Source: a virus
Direction: 5' to 3' (one strand)
IMG/VR virus record: IMGVR_UViG_3300037484_000374
Location: 96,001-160,000 of that record
DNA: 64,000 nt
The notes under the pieces were generated by a model that was not told the DNA's origin, did not search any database, and was given only the letters and a program-made list of their open reading frames with translations. The translations under genes and the position numbers were made by a program. Each line of letters begins with the position of its first letter. Position 1 is the stretch's first letter. Of this stretch, positions 1 through 10,449 are shown piece by piece.

Positions 1-47
1 ATTTATAATTTGTTATCTAATACTATTTATACAGGAAAAATAAGAAA

Positions 48-833
48 ATGTCAAGTAAAAACTTTAATTTTGTTCCAACCAATTGCCCCAAATGTGATAA
101 ATATTTAAAATGGAAGGGTGTAGATGTCATTTGTGATAATCAAGATTGTACGGCGCAAGGAATACTCAGAACAGAGCATTTCCTTCGAACTCTTGGAGCA
201 GAAGAGATCACATCTGTAACACTTGAGAATGTTGGTATCATGAGCATCCATGAAGCATACAAAATCGATGAAACTGATATCATGAGCCTTGAGGGTTTCG
301 GTGTCAGGAGCGCACAGGTTATTGTTGAGCAAATTCAAGGAACCCTAAAAACAACACCCGATAAGCTGTTGGCCGCTTTTGGTATAAAAGGATGTGGACT
401 TGAAACAGCAAGAACAATACTAAAACATCATGACATTGAAGATTTAATGAACGGTCTGGTGAGTGTAGACCAGTTGGTGTCTATAAATGGAATAGGTGAT
501 ATAACGGCGCAAAACATCGCTGACGGTGTTTCTGAGTACAAAGATACATACGACTACCTAAAATCAACTGGACTCCAATACAAGGTATCTGACAACGTTC
601 TGAGGGGTAAGATTTTTACACTCACTGGAAATGGCCCGATCAAGAGAGATATTTTAAAAAATATGATTGAGAGTAAAGGTGGTTACGTGAAAGGGATTTC
701 AAAAAACAAAACTGATTTTTTAGTATGTGATAATATCAATTCTCAATCAGGTAAATCAAAGAAAGCACGTCAATACGGTGTTCCTATAATCACATACGAA
801 GAACTGATTGACATAATAGAAGGATTAATGTAA
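48..833 (+). CDS. ligA: NAD-dependent DNA ligase, C-terminal part only (Zn finger, HhH, BRCT)
   Basis: PTNCPKC...CDNQDC Zn finger, HhH repeats (LEGFGVRSA, INGIGDITA), BRCT (GKIFTLTG...ISKNKTDFLV...KARQYGVPIIT); no adenylation domain, in-frame stops upstream. Confidence 0.88.
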   Translation: MSSKNFNFVPTNCPKCDKYLKWKGVDVICDNQDCTAQGILRTEHFLRTLGAEEITSVTLENVGIMSIHEAYKIDETDIMSLEGFGVRSAQVIVEQIQGTLKTTPDKLLAAFGIKGCGLETARTILKHHDIEDLMNGLVSVDQLVSINGIGDITAQNIADGVSEYKDTYDYLKSTGLQYKVSDNVLRGKIFTLTGNGPIKRDILKNMIESKGGYVKGISKNKTDFLVCDNINSQSGKSKKARQYGVPIITYEELIDIIEGLM

Positions 834-1108
834 TGGCAGAAGATAAAGGAATGGTAATGATCTTGCTTGAAATGAGCAATCTTGAGGTTTTTTTCACAAA
901 ACCATGTGAAGAAGATGATGGGGGCTTGATATATGGTATAACCTTTGATGATGAAAAAGTCAAGGAACTCGGTTATACAAATGATCAGGTCATCGAGAAG
1001 ATCAACGAGATGGTTGCAGGTCTTGAAGATGGGTCATGGGATATAGAAACAGCAGAAGATAATACCTATATTATAAACCTTCTTGGTGGATTAGAAGAAG
1101 ATAAATAA
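833..1108 (+). CDS. hypothetical acidic protein
   Basis: 91-aa ORF coupled to ligA stop (TAATG). Confidence 0.6.
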   Translation: MAEDKGMVMILLEMSNLEVFFTKPCEEDDGGLIYGITFDDEKVKELGYTNDQVIEKINEMVAGLEDGSWDIETAEDNTYIINLLGGLEEDK

Positions 1109-1294
1109 AGGTATAACATTTAGTTATTGGAAAAAGAGGATTGTTTTGGATGGACACTTCAAAGCAGAGCATGGAAAACCAGCGGAATCCTACATGAAAT
1201 ATATTCTGCGTTTCCATTTCTTTTATACAAAAGAAAAGCATTTATAGTGTGTCAACTATTTGATTACACACTTGAACTCTAAAGAGGAATAAAT

Positions 1295-1376
1295 GGGGCG
1301 AAGGCTTTCTACCAACACAATAGTATTGAAACGTTGCAATCGTGTTGCTTGAGTTCGAATCTCAAGACCCCCCCCC
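1295..1376 (+). ncRNA. tRNA-like element (T-arm plus long helix), degenerate tRNA or tmRNA tRNA-like-domain remnant
   Basis: CTTGAG-TTCGAAT-CTCAAG T-arm, GGGG/CCCC ends, CAACAC/GTGTTG helix; no canonical anticodon arm or CCA. Confidence 0.4.
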
Positions 1377-1406
1377 TTCATATTAATTTAAGTATAGGAA
1401 ATTATC

Positions 1407-1607
1407 ATGGATGAAGAAAAATTTGTATGTTGTCGATGTCGGAAAAGTGGAAATGAGAATCTTTCCCTTATTCTTGTCAGAAATGAGTTTTCTGAGATCA
1501 TTGCAAACATTTTTGTATGTGATGTATGTGGTGAGCATCTTTCCAGAAAGACATGTGAGTTGAGGTTCGGAACCGCTGACATGGAAACAATAGGAGTATT
1601 ACAATAA
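1407..1607 (+). CDS. small CxxC zinc-binding protein
   Basis: CCRC and CDVC motifs, AGGA RBS. Confidence 0.55.
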   Translation: MDEEKFVCCRCRKSGNENLSLILVRNEFSEIIANIFVCDVCGEHLSRKTCELRFGTADMETIGVLQ

Positions 1608-1762
1608 TGGATGATGTAAGGTGTATAAAATTTTTCTGTAAAAAATGTGGTAAAGAAATCTTTCAGGATATCAAATATTCTTGGGAGTCATTGGCAGGTA
1701 TAGCATCAAAATGTGTCTGTGCCGATTGTACTGTGAAGTCTATAAAAAATGTATAAGTTTTA

Positions 1763-1770
1763 TATAAATA
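1763..1770 (+). promoter_or_regulatory. T4-type late promoter TATAAATA
   Basis: exact TATAAATA upstream of AGGAG RBS and ATG 1805; motif recurs at 10823, 14632, 15143, 18653, 19877, 32558 (+) and 24, 48513, 56689, 56907 (-). Confidence 0.75.
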
Positions 1771-1804
1771 CTCTTATAGAGAATAATAATAGGAGTAGTT
1801 TAAT

Positions 1805-3433
1805 ATGAGACTGAAAAGACATTTAATACTTGAGAATGTTTCCAAGCAAGAGATTGATGATGCTCTTAAAAATAAAAATATCATTATAGGCTGCGAGTTC
1901 GAGTTTATTCATAACGATCTTCCAGAAGAAGGTGTTAGTGATTTTGTATCTACTGTATATGAACCAGCATATAATGCATGGCAACAATACCAAAAAGAGG
2001 TATATACATATAAAAAACAAGAAGAATTGTTCTGGAAAGAGATCAACAAGGAAGAGAAGAGATTAGAAGCAGAAGTCCTTGTAATTGATAATATAATAGA
2101 GAGACAGAATGAATTAGATAAAAACAGTGATGAGTGGAATAAGCTGGAAGTTGGGGTTAAAAAACTCAAAAAAAAATATGATAAAAAAGTTAAGGAACTC
2201 GAAGAAAGACGTGACAACTCATATGAAGAGTTAGACGGGTATTGGCCAGAAATAGATACTGATTACATGCAATATTGGGAAAAGACAACAGGTGATATTC
2301 CAGATGGAATATCAACAAACTCCCAAAAAGGCAAATGGTTTGCCACAGACGCACCGGATGATTTTTCAATACCTGAACCAGATATTGTGGGTTGGGGGAG
2401 TGTGCCAGGTGATGATGAATGGCAAAGTCAAGTCGAGGAACTTAATTGGTCAAGCGCACCTTTCAAAGATTATGAAATTGGTGATTATGGTCAGATTGTT
2501 CAGAAATTAGGTGATACTAAATGGGCTATTGAAGCAGATAAAACTCTTGGATATCAAGGCATTGAAGTAAAATCTCCACCAACAAATTTACCAAAAGCCA
2601 TTGATGATATTGAAAAGATGTTTAAATATATCAACAAACAAGGCTATACAGATAATAGAACGGGGTTTCATGTTCATATGAGTGTCAAGGGTATAAATAA
2701 CCTTGAAGATAAACTCGACCCGGTTAAACTTTTGATGTTCATGGATGAGGGTTTTATATGGAAACATTTCGCTGACAGGGTGAGTAATATCTTTGCCATG
2801 TCAATGAAGGACAAGTTTAAGAACGAGGGTGATATTAGACCAAATGATTTCAGTAAACTGGTAGACAAAAAGAAATTAAAAACTAAAATGACCGCCGAAC
2901 ATTTCGATGCTATCAACCTCAGTAAATGGCAACAGGGTCATATAGAATTCAGATATATGGGTGGTCGAGACTACCATAAAAAGTTTAATGAAGTGAAAGC
3001 CATTATTGGTCAGTACTCTCACAATATTTCACTGGCATTAGACCCTGAGTTTAAAAAGAAAGAATACCTTCTTAAAATTCAGCGTATCGCTAATAAGATG
3101 GAACTTTATAAAATGGAAAAAATGCTTGAATGGTATCGGCATGTTAGCCAATATACAAAGGATTTAGATAAATCATTTAAAAACCTCAAGCTGGTGTTAA
3201 AGAAGAGGATGAGAGAGATCGAGAATTATATAACCTCTTTAAAGAAAACATATAAGATCAATGACCGTGAACATATGTTATTGGGAAATAATAAGGGGTT
3301 TACCTACGGTATCGAAGATGATATCAAGAAAGATATAAGTAAAATTATAGATAAATGGGAAGATATTTTACCAGTAAGCTATATGAACGACATAATGCCG
3401 TTTATAGGAATGAGAATCTTGAAGAACAGATAA
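1805..3433 (+). CDS. putative amidoligase (COOH-NH2 ligase family)
   Basis: IGCEFEF, GIEVKSP, TGFHVHMS, HIEFRYMGG motifs. Confidence 0.8.
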   Translation: MRLKRHLILENVSKQEIDDALKNKNIIIGCEFEFIHNDLPEEGVSDFVSTVYEPAYNAWQQYQKEVYTYKKQEELFWKEINKEEKRLEAEVLVIDNIIERQNELDKNSDEWNKLEVGVKKLKKKYDKKVKELEERRDNSYEELDGYWPEIDTDYMQYWEKTTGDIPDGISTNSQKGKWFATDAPDDFSIPEPDIVGWGSVPGDDEWQSQVEELNWSSAPFKDYEIGDYGQIVQKLGDTKWAIEADKTLGYQGIEVKSPPTNLPKAIDDIEKMFKYINKQGYTDNRTGFHVHMSVKGINNLEDKLDPVKLLMFMDEGFIWKHFADRVSNIFAMSMKDKFKNEGDIRPNDFSKLVDKKKLKTKMTAEHFDAINLSKWQQGHIEFRYMGGRDYHKKFNEVKAIIGQYSHNISLALDPEFKKKEYLLKIQRIANKMELYKMEKMLEWYRHVSQYTKDLDKSFKNLKLVLKKRMREIENYITSLKKTYKINDREHMLLGNNKGFTYGIEDDIKKDISKIIDKWEDILPVSYMNDIMPFIGMRILKNR

Positions 3434-3449
3434 AAAAGGGGAAAAATGT

Positions 3450-3687
3450 AATGCCGTTATGCCAAACCTGCCAAAAACTGTACGCACCAGAACTTTTACA
3501 TGTCAAAGAAAACAATAGTATAGAGTGTTCATTCTGTAAAGCAGGAAAGGACACATTGACAATCACCGATAAAAATGGTAAAGTATTAAAAAGGATTACA
3601 AAACAAGAAACCAGTGGAGCATATGCCCAGTTTCTAAAAGAAATGGCACTTAGACCAAATGTACAAAAGTTAATTAATCGAGAATAA
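3450..3687 (+). CDS. hypothetical CxxC protein
   Basis: MPLCQTC...CSFC; start reassigned to the ATG after a GGGG RBS. Confidence 0.55.
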
Positions 3688-3689
3688 AA

Positions 3690-4202
3690 ATGGAAGATGT
3701 TATAGTCTTAAATGCCGATCATTCCTTCATAAACAGAGTGTCGTGGCAGAAAGCTATTTCCCTTATATATAAAGGAAAGGCCGAACCAGCGGCGTTGTCG
3801 GACAAAACCATATATAATTTTGGTAGAACATACAGTATCGTTGTTCCTAAGATTATTCGTTTAGTTAAGATGGTAAAGGATTTGTTCAAAGCCAAAGCAC
3901 CATACAGCAAAAAGAATGTATTTCTAAGGGATAAATGCACCTGTATGTATTGTAATACTATAATGACTGTTGGTAGTTGCACTATAGACCATGTTTTCCC
4001 AAGTTCTCTTGGTGGAAAAACATCATGGGAAAACTGTGTGACAGCCTGTAAGAAATGTAATAACAAAAAGGGTGATTCCCTACTTCATGAAACAGGTATG
4101 GCCCTTAGAAGAAAGCCTTATCATCCTACAATACATGAGTTCTATTTAATGTTTGTGAGGTTTCATGGGATAGACAAGATCATTGAAGAGGTTATTGGCT
4201 AA
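3690..4202 (+). CDS. HNH endonuclease (McrA-like)
   Basis: RDKCTCMYC...TIDHVFPSSLGGKTSWENCVTACKKCNNKKG. Confidence 0.92.
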   Translation: MEDVIVLNADHSFINRVSWQKAISLIYKGKAEPAALSDKTIYNFGRTYSIVVPKIIRLVKMVKDLFKAKAPYSKKNVFLRDKCTCMYCNTIMTVGSCTIDHVFPSSLGGKTSWENCVTACKKCNNKKGDSLLHETGMALRRKPYHPTIHEFYLMFVRFHGIDKIIEEVIG

Positions 4203-4235
4203 ACATGACAGGTAAGAGAATATTATAAACAAGAA

Positions 4236-4538
4236 TTGGTAAAGAAAACATCGCGAGAATGTGATAGGTGTGGGTGTAAAAGCAATATCAGACAATGCGT
4301 TGGGTGTGGCGATGATGTGTGTAGATCATGCAGGAGTTTCATAGATATCGATCCATGGACAGGGGTTAACAATGACGACTATCCAGAACCCATATGTAAA
4401 AAATGTGATGTAAAACTCATACCGTATGCTCACATGGCCGAGAGAATTTTAGATGATGCATTTGAAGAAACAGAAAGACTAAAACTTGAATGGCGAGAGA
4501 GTTGTAAGAAAGAATATGTCCAAGAAACACACATATGA
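4236..4538 (+). CDS. cysteine-rich zinc-finger protein
   Basis: four CxxC motifs. Confidence 0.55.
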   Translation: MVKKTSRECDRCGCKSNIRQCVGCGDDVCRSCRSFIDIDPWTGVNNDDYPEPICKKCDVKLIPYAHMAERILDDAFEETERLKLEWRESCKKEYVQETHI

Positions 4539-5421
4539 ATTTGTAAAAGAACATATCGAGTCTTTTGGATATAAACTTTTGAGTGATACTTATAAAAACG
4601 CACATGGTAAATTAGAATTCCAATGCTCGAAGGGACATGAATTTAGTATGAAATTTACCAGTTTTAAAAACAATGCCCAAAGATGTCCAGAGTGTTTTGG
4701 AACACCTAAACACACATATGAATTTGTAAAAGAACATATCGAGTCTTTTGGGTATAAACTTTTGAGTAAAGAATATGTTAGTATCAAATATAAACTAAAG
4801 CTGGAGTGTCCAGAAGGACATGTTATAGAAATGAGGTTTGGTAACTTTAAAAATGTAAATTCAAGATGTAACATATGTGCTGGCCATGAGAAACATACAT
4901 ATGAATATATCAAAGAACGATTTGAAGAAGAGGGATATACTCTCTTATCAAAGAAATATAAGAACAATAAAACACCTTTAAAAACAATTTGTCCAGAAGG
5001 ACATAATCATAGTATACCATATGGTAGGTTTAGGGGCGGTGATAGGTGTATGGTTTGTAGTATAGAATCATCGTCATCAAAAACAGAGCAAGAAATATAT
5101 GGTTTTGTAAAACAAATATATGATGGTGATGTAATTTCAAATGATAGGACTCAGATTGTCAATCCAGAAACAGGATGTGGTCTTGAGTTGGATATTTGGC
5201 TTCCAGAATTAAATAAGGCAATAGAATTCAACGGTGTTTATTGGCACTCATTTTGTGATGTGAAACGAAAAGACAAAATTAAAAAACAACAATGTAAAGA
5301 AAAAGAAATAAGTCTCATGTTGATCCATGAACAGGATTGGATTAACAACAAAGAAAACTGTTTAAACAAAATAAAGGAATTTGTGGATGTCGAATCAACT
5401 AAAGAAGTTAAAGAAATCTAA
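4516..5421 (+). CDS. putative homing endonuclease (Zn-ribbon repeats + Vsr/PD-(D/E)XK-like domain)
   Basis: three CxxGH...RCxxC repeats, C-terminal LELDIWLPELNKAIEFNGVYWH. Confidence 0.75.
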   Translation: MSKKHTYEFVKEHIESFGYKLLSDTYKNAHGKLEFQCSKGHEFSMKFTSFKNNAQRCPECFGTPKHTYEFVKEHIESFGYKLLSKEYVSIKYKLKLECPEGHVIEMRFGNFKNVNSRCNICAGHEKHTYEYIKERFEEEGYTLLSKKYKNNKTPLKTICPEGHNHSIPYGRFRGGDRCMVCSIESSSSKTEQEIYGFVKQIYDGDVISNDRTQIVNPETGCGLELDIWLPELNKAIEFNGVYWHSFCDVKRKDKIKKQQCKEKEISLMLIHEQDWINNKENCLNKIKEFVDVESTKEVKEI

Positions 5422-6505
5422 AGAGTCAACCAACAAAGCGATCACAGCACCAGCGAATATTCAGATGCACAGCTATATTGGTGATTATCAGGGATGTGGA
5501 ACCATCAGAATTATATACCCACACATGCTATTAAACCAATGGCGTGATAAAACTAACGTTAGTGTTTGTGCAAGTCATAATTCTGCATTTATAAATGACC
5601 CAAATTTCTACAATCGACTTCTGTGTATTCAATTCCAGAGAGCAATAACTGATCAACAGCTACAGATGATCCAGTGGTTTTCACATAACCTTGGAAGGTC
5701 TACCAAGACACCAATTCTTTATGAAAGCGATGATGATTTATTGAATATTTCGAAATGGAATTTCGCCTTTGATTATTACCAACCTTACCTTAAAAATCTT
5801 CCTAAGATTTTGGGGCTTTGTGCTGGTGTGACGGTTTCTACGGAACCTTTGAAACAACTATACTCAAAGTATAATAAGAATATCGTTGTCATACCAAATC
5901 ACCTTCCCAAAGCAATTTGGGGCAATATTCCAGAAAACAAACCAGAGAATGAGAAACCAAGAATTCTTTGGGGTGGAAGCGCAAACCATTTTTCGAGAAA
6001 GAAAGGTATGCAGGGTGGTGATTTCAGTATAGAACTTATAGATTTCATTAAGAAAACAACAGACAAATATGAATGGAATTTTATTGGCTCCATGCCGATG
6101 GAACTTGAAGAATTAAAAGATAAAATCAAAGCCCATCCTTGGCAGACCACTTTCGGTTATGCCAATTTTGTAAAGTCATTAAATATCGATATCGGTATTG
6201 CGCCGCTAGAAGATAACGAGTTTAACAAATCAAAATCAAATATCAAGATGTTGGAGTATACCGCCGCTGGTATAGCCAGTGTGTACTCTGATGTTTACCC
6301 ATACAAGGGTGCTAAGAATATATGTTCTACTACAGAATATATGATTGACAGAATAGAAGCCCTTGCCGCAAATGCTGATCTCAGAAAGGAAACAATACAA
6401 CACGACTACGAATTGGTAAAAGATAATCTCTATTGGGAAGAAAATGATAACCTAAGAAAGTATGTTAATGCATATTTAGGGTTATTTAAATTAACTTTAC
6501 CTTAA
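5387..6505 (+). CDS. glycosyltransferase (GT-B, GT4-like)
   Basis: YESDDDL, DIGIAPLEDNEFNKSKSNIKMLEY. Confidence 0.85.
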   Translation: MSNQLKKLKKSKESTNKAITAPANIQMHSYIGDYQGCGTIRIIYPHMLLNQWRDKTNVSVCASHNSAFINDPNFYNRLLCIQFQRAITDQQLQMIQWFSHNLGRSTKTPILYESDDDLLNISKWNFAFDYYQPYLKNLPKILGLCAGVTVSTEPLKQLYSKYNKNIVVIPNHLPKAIWGNIPENKPENEKPRILWGGSANHFSRKKGMQGGDFSIELIDFIKKTTDKYEWNFIGSMPMELEELKDKIKAHPWQTTFGYANFVKSLNIDIGIAPLEDNEFNKSKSNIKMLEYTAAGIASVYSDVYPYKGAKNICSTTEYMIDRIEALAANADLRKETIQHDYELVKDNLYWEENDNLRKYVNAYLGLFKLTLP

Positions 6506-6588
6506 AGAGAGGTTTACATATCATACTTTATGATATATAATACTTCTATATGAGATAAACTTATTAATCATATAGAGAGGATAAGACG

Positions 6589-6987
6589 ATGGATGAAGTT
6601 GACAAGTTAGTATTACTGGCAGATTTAGGTCAAACGCTCTGTGAGTTGAATCATGGCCCCGCCACAAAAAAAGAAGATTTCCCAGCCACAAACTATATCA
6701 CCATTCCTATGGGGTTCAAGGAGAATGGTGTAGTTGAGAACGCAGTTCGTGAGATGGTTATACCGATCTGTGATGAGTGTATGAAAGGATTACAAAGTAA
6801 ACTATGGACGTTGTTATATTGCTTTGAGTGTACCAGTAGTCAATGGATATACAGGCCACTGGCAAAGATGGCATATCGGCATGATATTATATGGTTGCGT
6901 GGATGTCCAGATTGCGGTGGAAAGTTTGGTGGTGTTTATTTTAATGATAACGATATTCTACATTCCGTAGCAAATATGTTAATGTAA
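6589..6987 (+). CDS. hypothetical zinc-binding protein
   Basis: three CxxC motifs, GAGG RBS. Confidence 0.55.
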   Translation: MDEVDKLVLLADLGQTLCELNHGPATKKEDFPATNYITIPMGFKENGVVENAVREMVIPICDECMKGLQSKLWTLLYCFECTSSQWIYRPLAKMAYRHDIIWLRGCPDCGGKFGGVYFNDNDILHSVANMLM

Positions 6988-6998
6988 AAGGGATAAAA

Positions 6999-7553
6999 AT
7001 GACTTGTATTATTGGATACGTTGATGATGATGGTAGTGTTATTATAGGTGGTGATTCGGCTGGTATCGATGGGTTGGATTACACTCTAAGGAAAGACTCT
7101 AAAGTTTTCCAGAACGCAAGTATGATATTTGGTTATACAAGTTCATTCAGAATGGGGCAGTTACTACGATTCAACCTCGTAGTTCCAAGTCATCCAGCAG
7201 GAATGGATGATTATGAATATATGTGTACCAAATTTATCGATGCCGTGATAGATTGTTTTAAAGAAAATGGGTATGCGAGTATCAAAGAAAATAGTGTATC
7301 CGGTGGTGTGTTTTTAGTAGGCTACAGGAAAAGACTCTACCAAATAGATTCTGATTTTCAAGTAGGTGAGAGCTTGGATTCTTTTAATGCATGTGGGTGT
7401 GGTGAGGATTATGCCAAAGGTGCTATGAGGATTTTAACTGAAAATAAAGAACTATTAGAATTTAGTGGACATGGGATGGTATTATCAGCACTTAAATCAG
7501 TGGAGTCCTTTTGCGCTGGTGTTAAGGGGCCGTTTAATATGGTAAAAATTTAA
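6999..7553 (+). CDS. HslV/proteasome-beta-like Ntn-hydrolase peptidase
   Basis: N-terminal M-T-C-I-I-G, GGDSAG, K in DSKVF, ACGCGEDYAKGA. Confidence 0.8.
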   Translation: MTCIIGYVDDDGSVIIGGDSAGIDGLDYTLRKDSKVFQNASMIFGYTSSFRMGQLLRFNLVVPSHPAGMDDYEYMCTKFIDAVIDCFKENGYASIKENSVSGGVFLVGYRKRLYQIDSDFQVGESLDSFNACGCGEDYAKGAMRILTENKELLEFSGHGMVLSALKSVESFCAGVKGPFNMVKI

Positions 7554-7781
7554 ATAGTATTTTATTAATTTAGATTTGGAGAAATGTTATGACAGGACAA
7601 ATTTTGCATCCAGGCGAAACCCCCATGGGAGATGACGATATGTTATTCCATGACATGACCTACCTTGTGAACGGCAGGGTAACCAGACTCAACACATATG
7701 GTCGTTGTGGTGTTGTGAAACGCGAACTTGGCGTTCGTGATATCAGATGGTGCAATACCAGACGTAGGTGTCGCTAATACA

Positions 7782-8399
7782 ATGTTATACACTGATTGGG
7801 ACATTTACGTTGCATTTAGGAACGCACAGGGCACTGCCAATGATAGAGGGTATCGCTTACCAAAAGATTGGAGTGCCCAACGTGCCAAAATGAAAAAAAC
7901 AAGTCTGGAATATCTTGATAGAACAGTTGGTATTTTTAACACTGCTTTGTCAAATATCGATATTGACAAATATATGAAGTGCGGGTTTGAAATATTCAAA
8001 ACTTTCAACTACCATATGTTCCTCAATAAAAAAGTCCTGAACTTGTATATTCAAAGGGATAAGATCGAGAAACGGAGTATACTGGTCAACAAGGAAAAGA
8101 TAGTTGAGAGTGTTAGGTTCATAAAGAATTATATGAAAGGTGTTGAAAATCGTAAAGGTTATAATACCTTAGAAACATATTGTAAATTAAGAGAGGGTAG
8201 CCAGAAGGTTGTTATTGGTCACTATAAAAAAGGACACATAGATAATATTACTATGGTATACTTCATAAACAATGGATATTTAGTGCTCGATGACGACGAA
8301 AGACATCAAGTGATCTATCTTATAAATCGATACAGAGATTTTATAGAGGTTCTAAAAACTGTAAAATCCTTTCTTACAAAAGTAGAGGTTGAGATATGA
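7782..8399 (+). CDS. hypothetical protein, possibly gp59-like helicase loader
   Basis: basic ~205-aa ORF upstream of gp32; function from size and synteny only. Confidence 0.35.
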   Translation: MLYTDWDIYVAFRNAQGTANDRGYRLPKDWSAQRAKMKKTSLEYLDRTVGIFNTALSNIDIDKYMKCGFEIFKTFNYHMFLNKKVLNLYIQRDKIEKRSILVNKEKIVESVRFIKNYMKGVENRKGYNTLETYCKLREGSQKVVIGHYKKGHIDNITMVYFINNGYLVLDDDERHQVIYLINRYRDFIEVLKTVKSFLTKVEVEI

Positions 8400-8884
8400 A
8401 AGAATTAGAAGGGAAAAAGGTATATTTAAGACCCACAGGAAATAATACCAGACGAGAAATTATAGAGTTACAGGTCATATACCCTGAGTGTCAAGGCATA
8501 TACTCATTTCCGAGGATGGTGCCTTTGTCCTTTTGTGTTTTAGAGAAATAGAACAAACAAATATAGATGCGGGGCAGTTAGGTGAAATTTAAATACTGGA
8601 TATCTTGGATAATATTCCCATGGATACCTATGAGTTGGGAAAGCAAGACAGGTACTTTGAGATGTTCAATAGCACATTGGGCTAATAAGAATTTCCAGAA
8701 TTATGTATTCGTCAAATGTGGACAACCAAATAGGGCGAGAGAATGAGCAAAAAAGAACAAGGTGAATACCTCGAAAAGAGGAAAGAAAAGAAGTCGGAAG
8801 TAGAGGAACAAATGCTCTATGGTAATGATGAAACTATTTCCGAGAAGAAAAAGAAGCAAGGGGAGTATGAGGAGAAAACCTTAA

Positions 8885-9142
8885 ATGAATAATCCATTAT
8901 TGGGGGAACCCCTGTGTTGGTTGAACATCTCATTCACATTTATTCTCATGGTTCTATTGGCGAAGCATGATGCCAAGTGGGTATCAGAAGACCCATTTTG
9001 GGTGTGTGTCACAAAGAATATGTTGGCTATGATTGTATTCTATTTGTTCATGTGTGTTGGTTTCTTTACATGTGTACAACCAATGGATATGGGAACAGTT
9101 ACCGTTATGCCAAACATCGAGAGAATGGTTGATGTACGATAA
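8885..9142 (+). CDS. small membrane protein
   Basis: two hydrophobic segments. Confidence 0.5.
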   Translation: MNNPLLGEPLCWLNISFTFILMVLLAKHDAKWVSEDPFWVCVTKNMLAMIVFYLFMCVGFFTCVQPMDMGTVTVMPNIERMVDVR

Positions 9143-9272
9143 ATTAAAGAAACTTTTGGAGATTAGGTTTACAAAAGGGCATAAATAGTGTATAATTTAA
9201 CATACTACGGTAATACTCATAATTCAATAGTGAATTACAGTAAAAAACAGTAAAAACAGTAGGAGAAATGGA

Positions 9273-10319
9273 ATGAGTAAATGGGTAGACGAAGAAAAGT
9301 ATAATGATTTTGCAGGGAAAAAGGAACAGGAGAAAGAAAAACAAGAGTCGGGGGAAGGTCAGCAAGGGTTTGCTAAAAAATTCAGACCATCTATGGGTTC
9401 AGCAGAGAAACCAAAAGAATACGAAATTCGTTTTCTTCCTGATACAGATGGTAGATTTTATGAAGAATATTTCTATCATGGATTCTATGTTGGTGAGTCA
9501 TTCAAATTCATCGGTTGTGAAAAAAATAAGGGTCTTGACAAATATTGCCCGTGGTGTGGAATCACTCAGATTCTATATCAGGGATCGGCCAATGACAAAA
9601 AGAAAGCCGGTGATTACAAACGTAAAAATCGATATGTTGGTAACGTTTATGTTATTGATGATCCACGGGATGCAACTATCGAGAACCCAGAATACAAGAA
9701 TTCAAAATCAGTGCGGCTCTATGAATTCCCAGCAACAGTGGAAACAAAACTCAAAAAAGAAGTAACAGATAATAAAAATGGTTACGGGTTGGCAGTGTTT
9801 GATCCTGAAAATGGATACAGTATGTTGCTTTCAATTGGAGCCAAGAAAGCAGATGCTAATAAAAAAGTATGGCCAGATTATGACCAGACCATGTTTGCTC
9901 GTAGACAATCATCCATTGCCGATGGTGCTGAACTCGAAGAGATTATGGCTCAGCGTTATTCTTTAGGTGATTTTATTGAAGCCTTGATGATTACTCCCGA
10001 TGCCCATCGTGAACTTCTTAAATCAGAAATGGTTTATGAAGATGTCGAGAGAGACTTTGAGTTGAAGTTGGGCGGTTTTAATAAACTGACTACCAAAGAC
10101 GAACCAGCAAAGGAACCAGCAAAGGCTTTTGATCCAAATCAGAATGTACCACCAGTAGAAAGTAAACCAGACATGGGTGATGATACTCCTACATATGGAG
10201 CCCCACCACCAAAAACACCCTATCCGATCCAATATGGTGATGATATGGTTGTTGATAGCACAGGGTCATCGGCTCTTAGCGAGGATGATGCGCTGTTGGC
10301 CAGCTTGAGAGATTTATAA
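9273..10319 (+). CDS. single-stranded DNA-binding protein (T4 gp32-like)
   Basis: EIRFLPD, YHGF...C...CPWC Zn site, RYVGNVYVIDDP, VFDPENG, acidic C-terminus. Confidence 0.88.
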   Translation: MSKWVDEEKYNDFAGKKEQEKEKQESGEGQQGFAKKFRPSMGSAEKPKEYEIRFLPDTDGRFYEEYFYHGFYVGESFKFIGCEKNKGLDKYCPWCGITQILYQGSANDKKKAGDYKRKNRYVGNVYVIDDPRDATIENPEYKNSKSVRLYEFPATVETKLKKEVTDNKNGYGLAVFDPENGYSMLLSIGAKKADANKKVWPDYDQTMFARRQSSIADGAELEEIMAQRYSLGDFIEALMITPDAHRELLKSEMVYEDVERDFELKLGGFNKLTTKDEPAKEPAKAFDPNQNVPPVESKPDMGDDTPTYGAPPPKTPYPIQYGDDMVVDSTGSSALSEDDALLASLRDL

Positions 10320-10334
10320 TTTAAAATAGTAAAT

Positions 10335-10372
10335 TGGTAAAATGTGAGGTGGTAAAATGTGAGGTGGTAAAA
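10335..10372 (+). repeat. 15-bp tandem repeat TGGTAAAATGTGAGG x2.5
   Basis: direct reading. Confidence 0.9.
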
Positions 10373-10377
10373 AAAAA

Positions 10378-10413
10378 GGGGGGGGGATACATAGAAATAT
10401 GTTTCCCCCTTTT
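10378..10413 (+). terminator. intrinsic terminator after gp32
   Basis: G-run/ACATA-GAAA-TATGT/C-run hairpin plus T tract; related copy at 14243-14279. Confidence 0.75.
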
Positions 10414-10449
10414 ACATTGACAAACGATATAAAATATATAGGTGATTAA

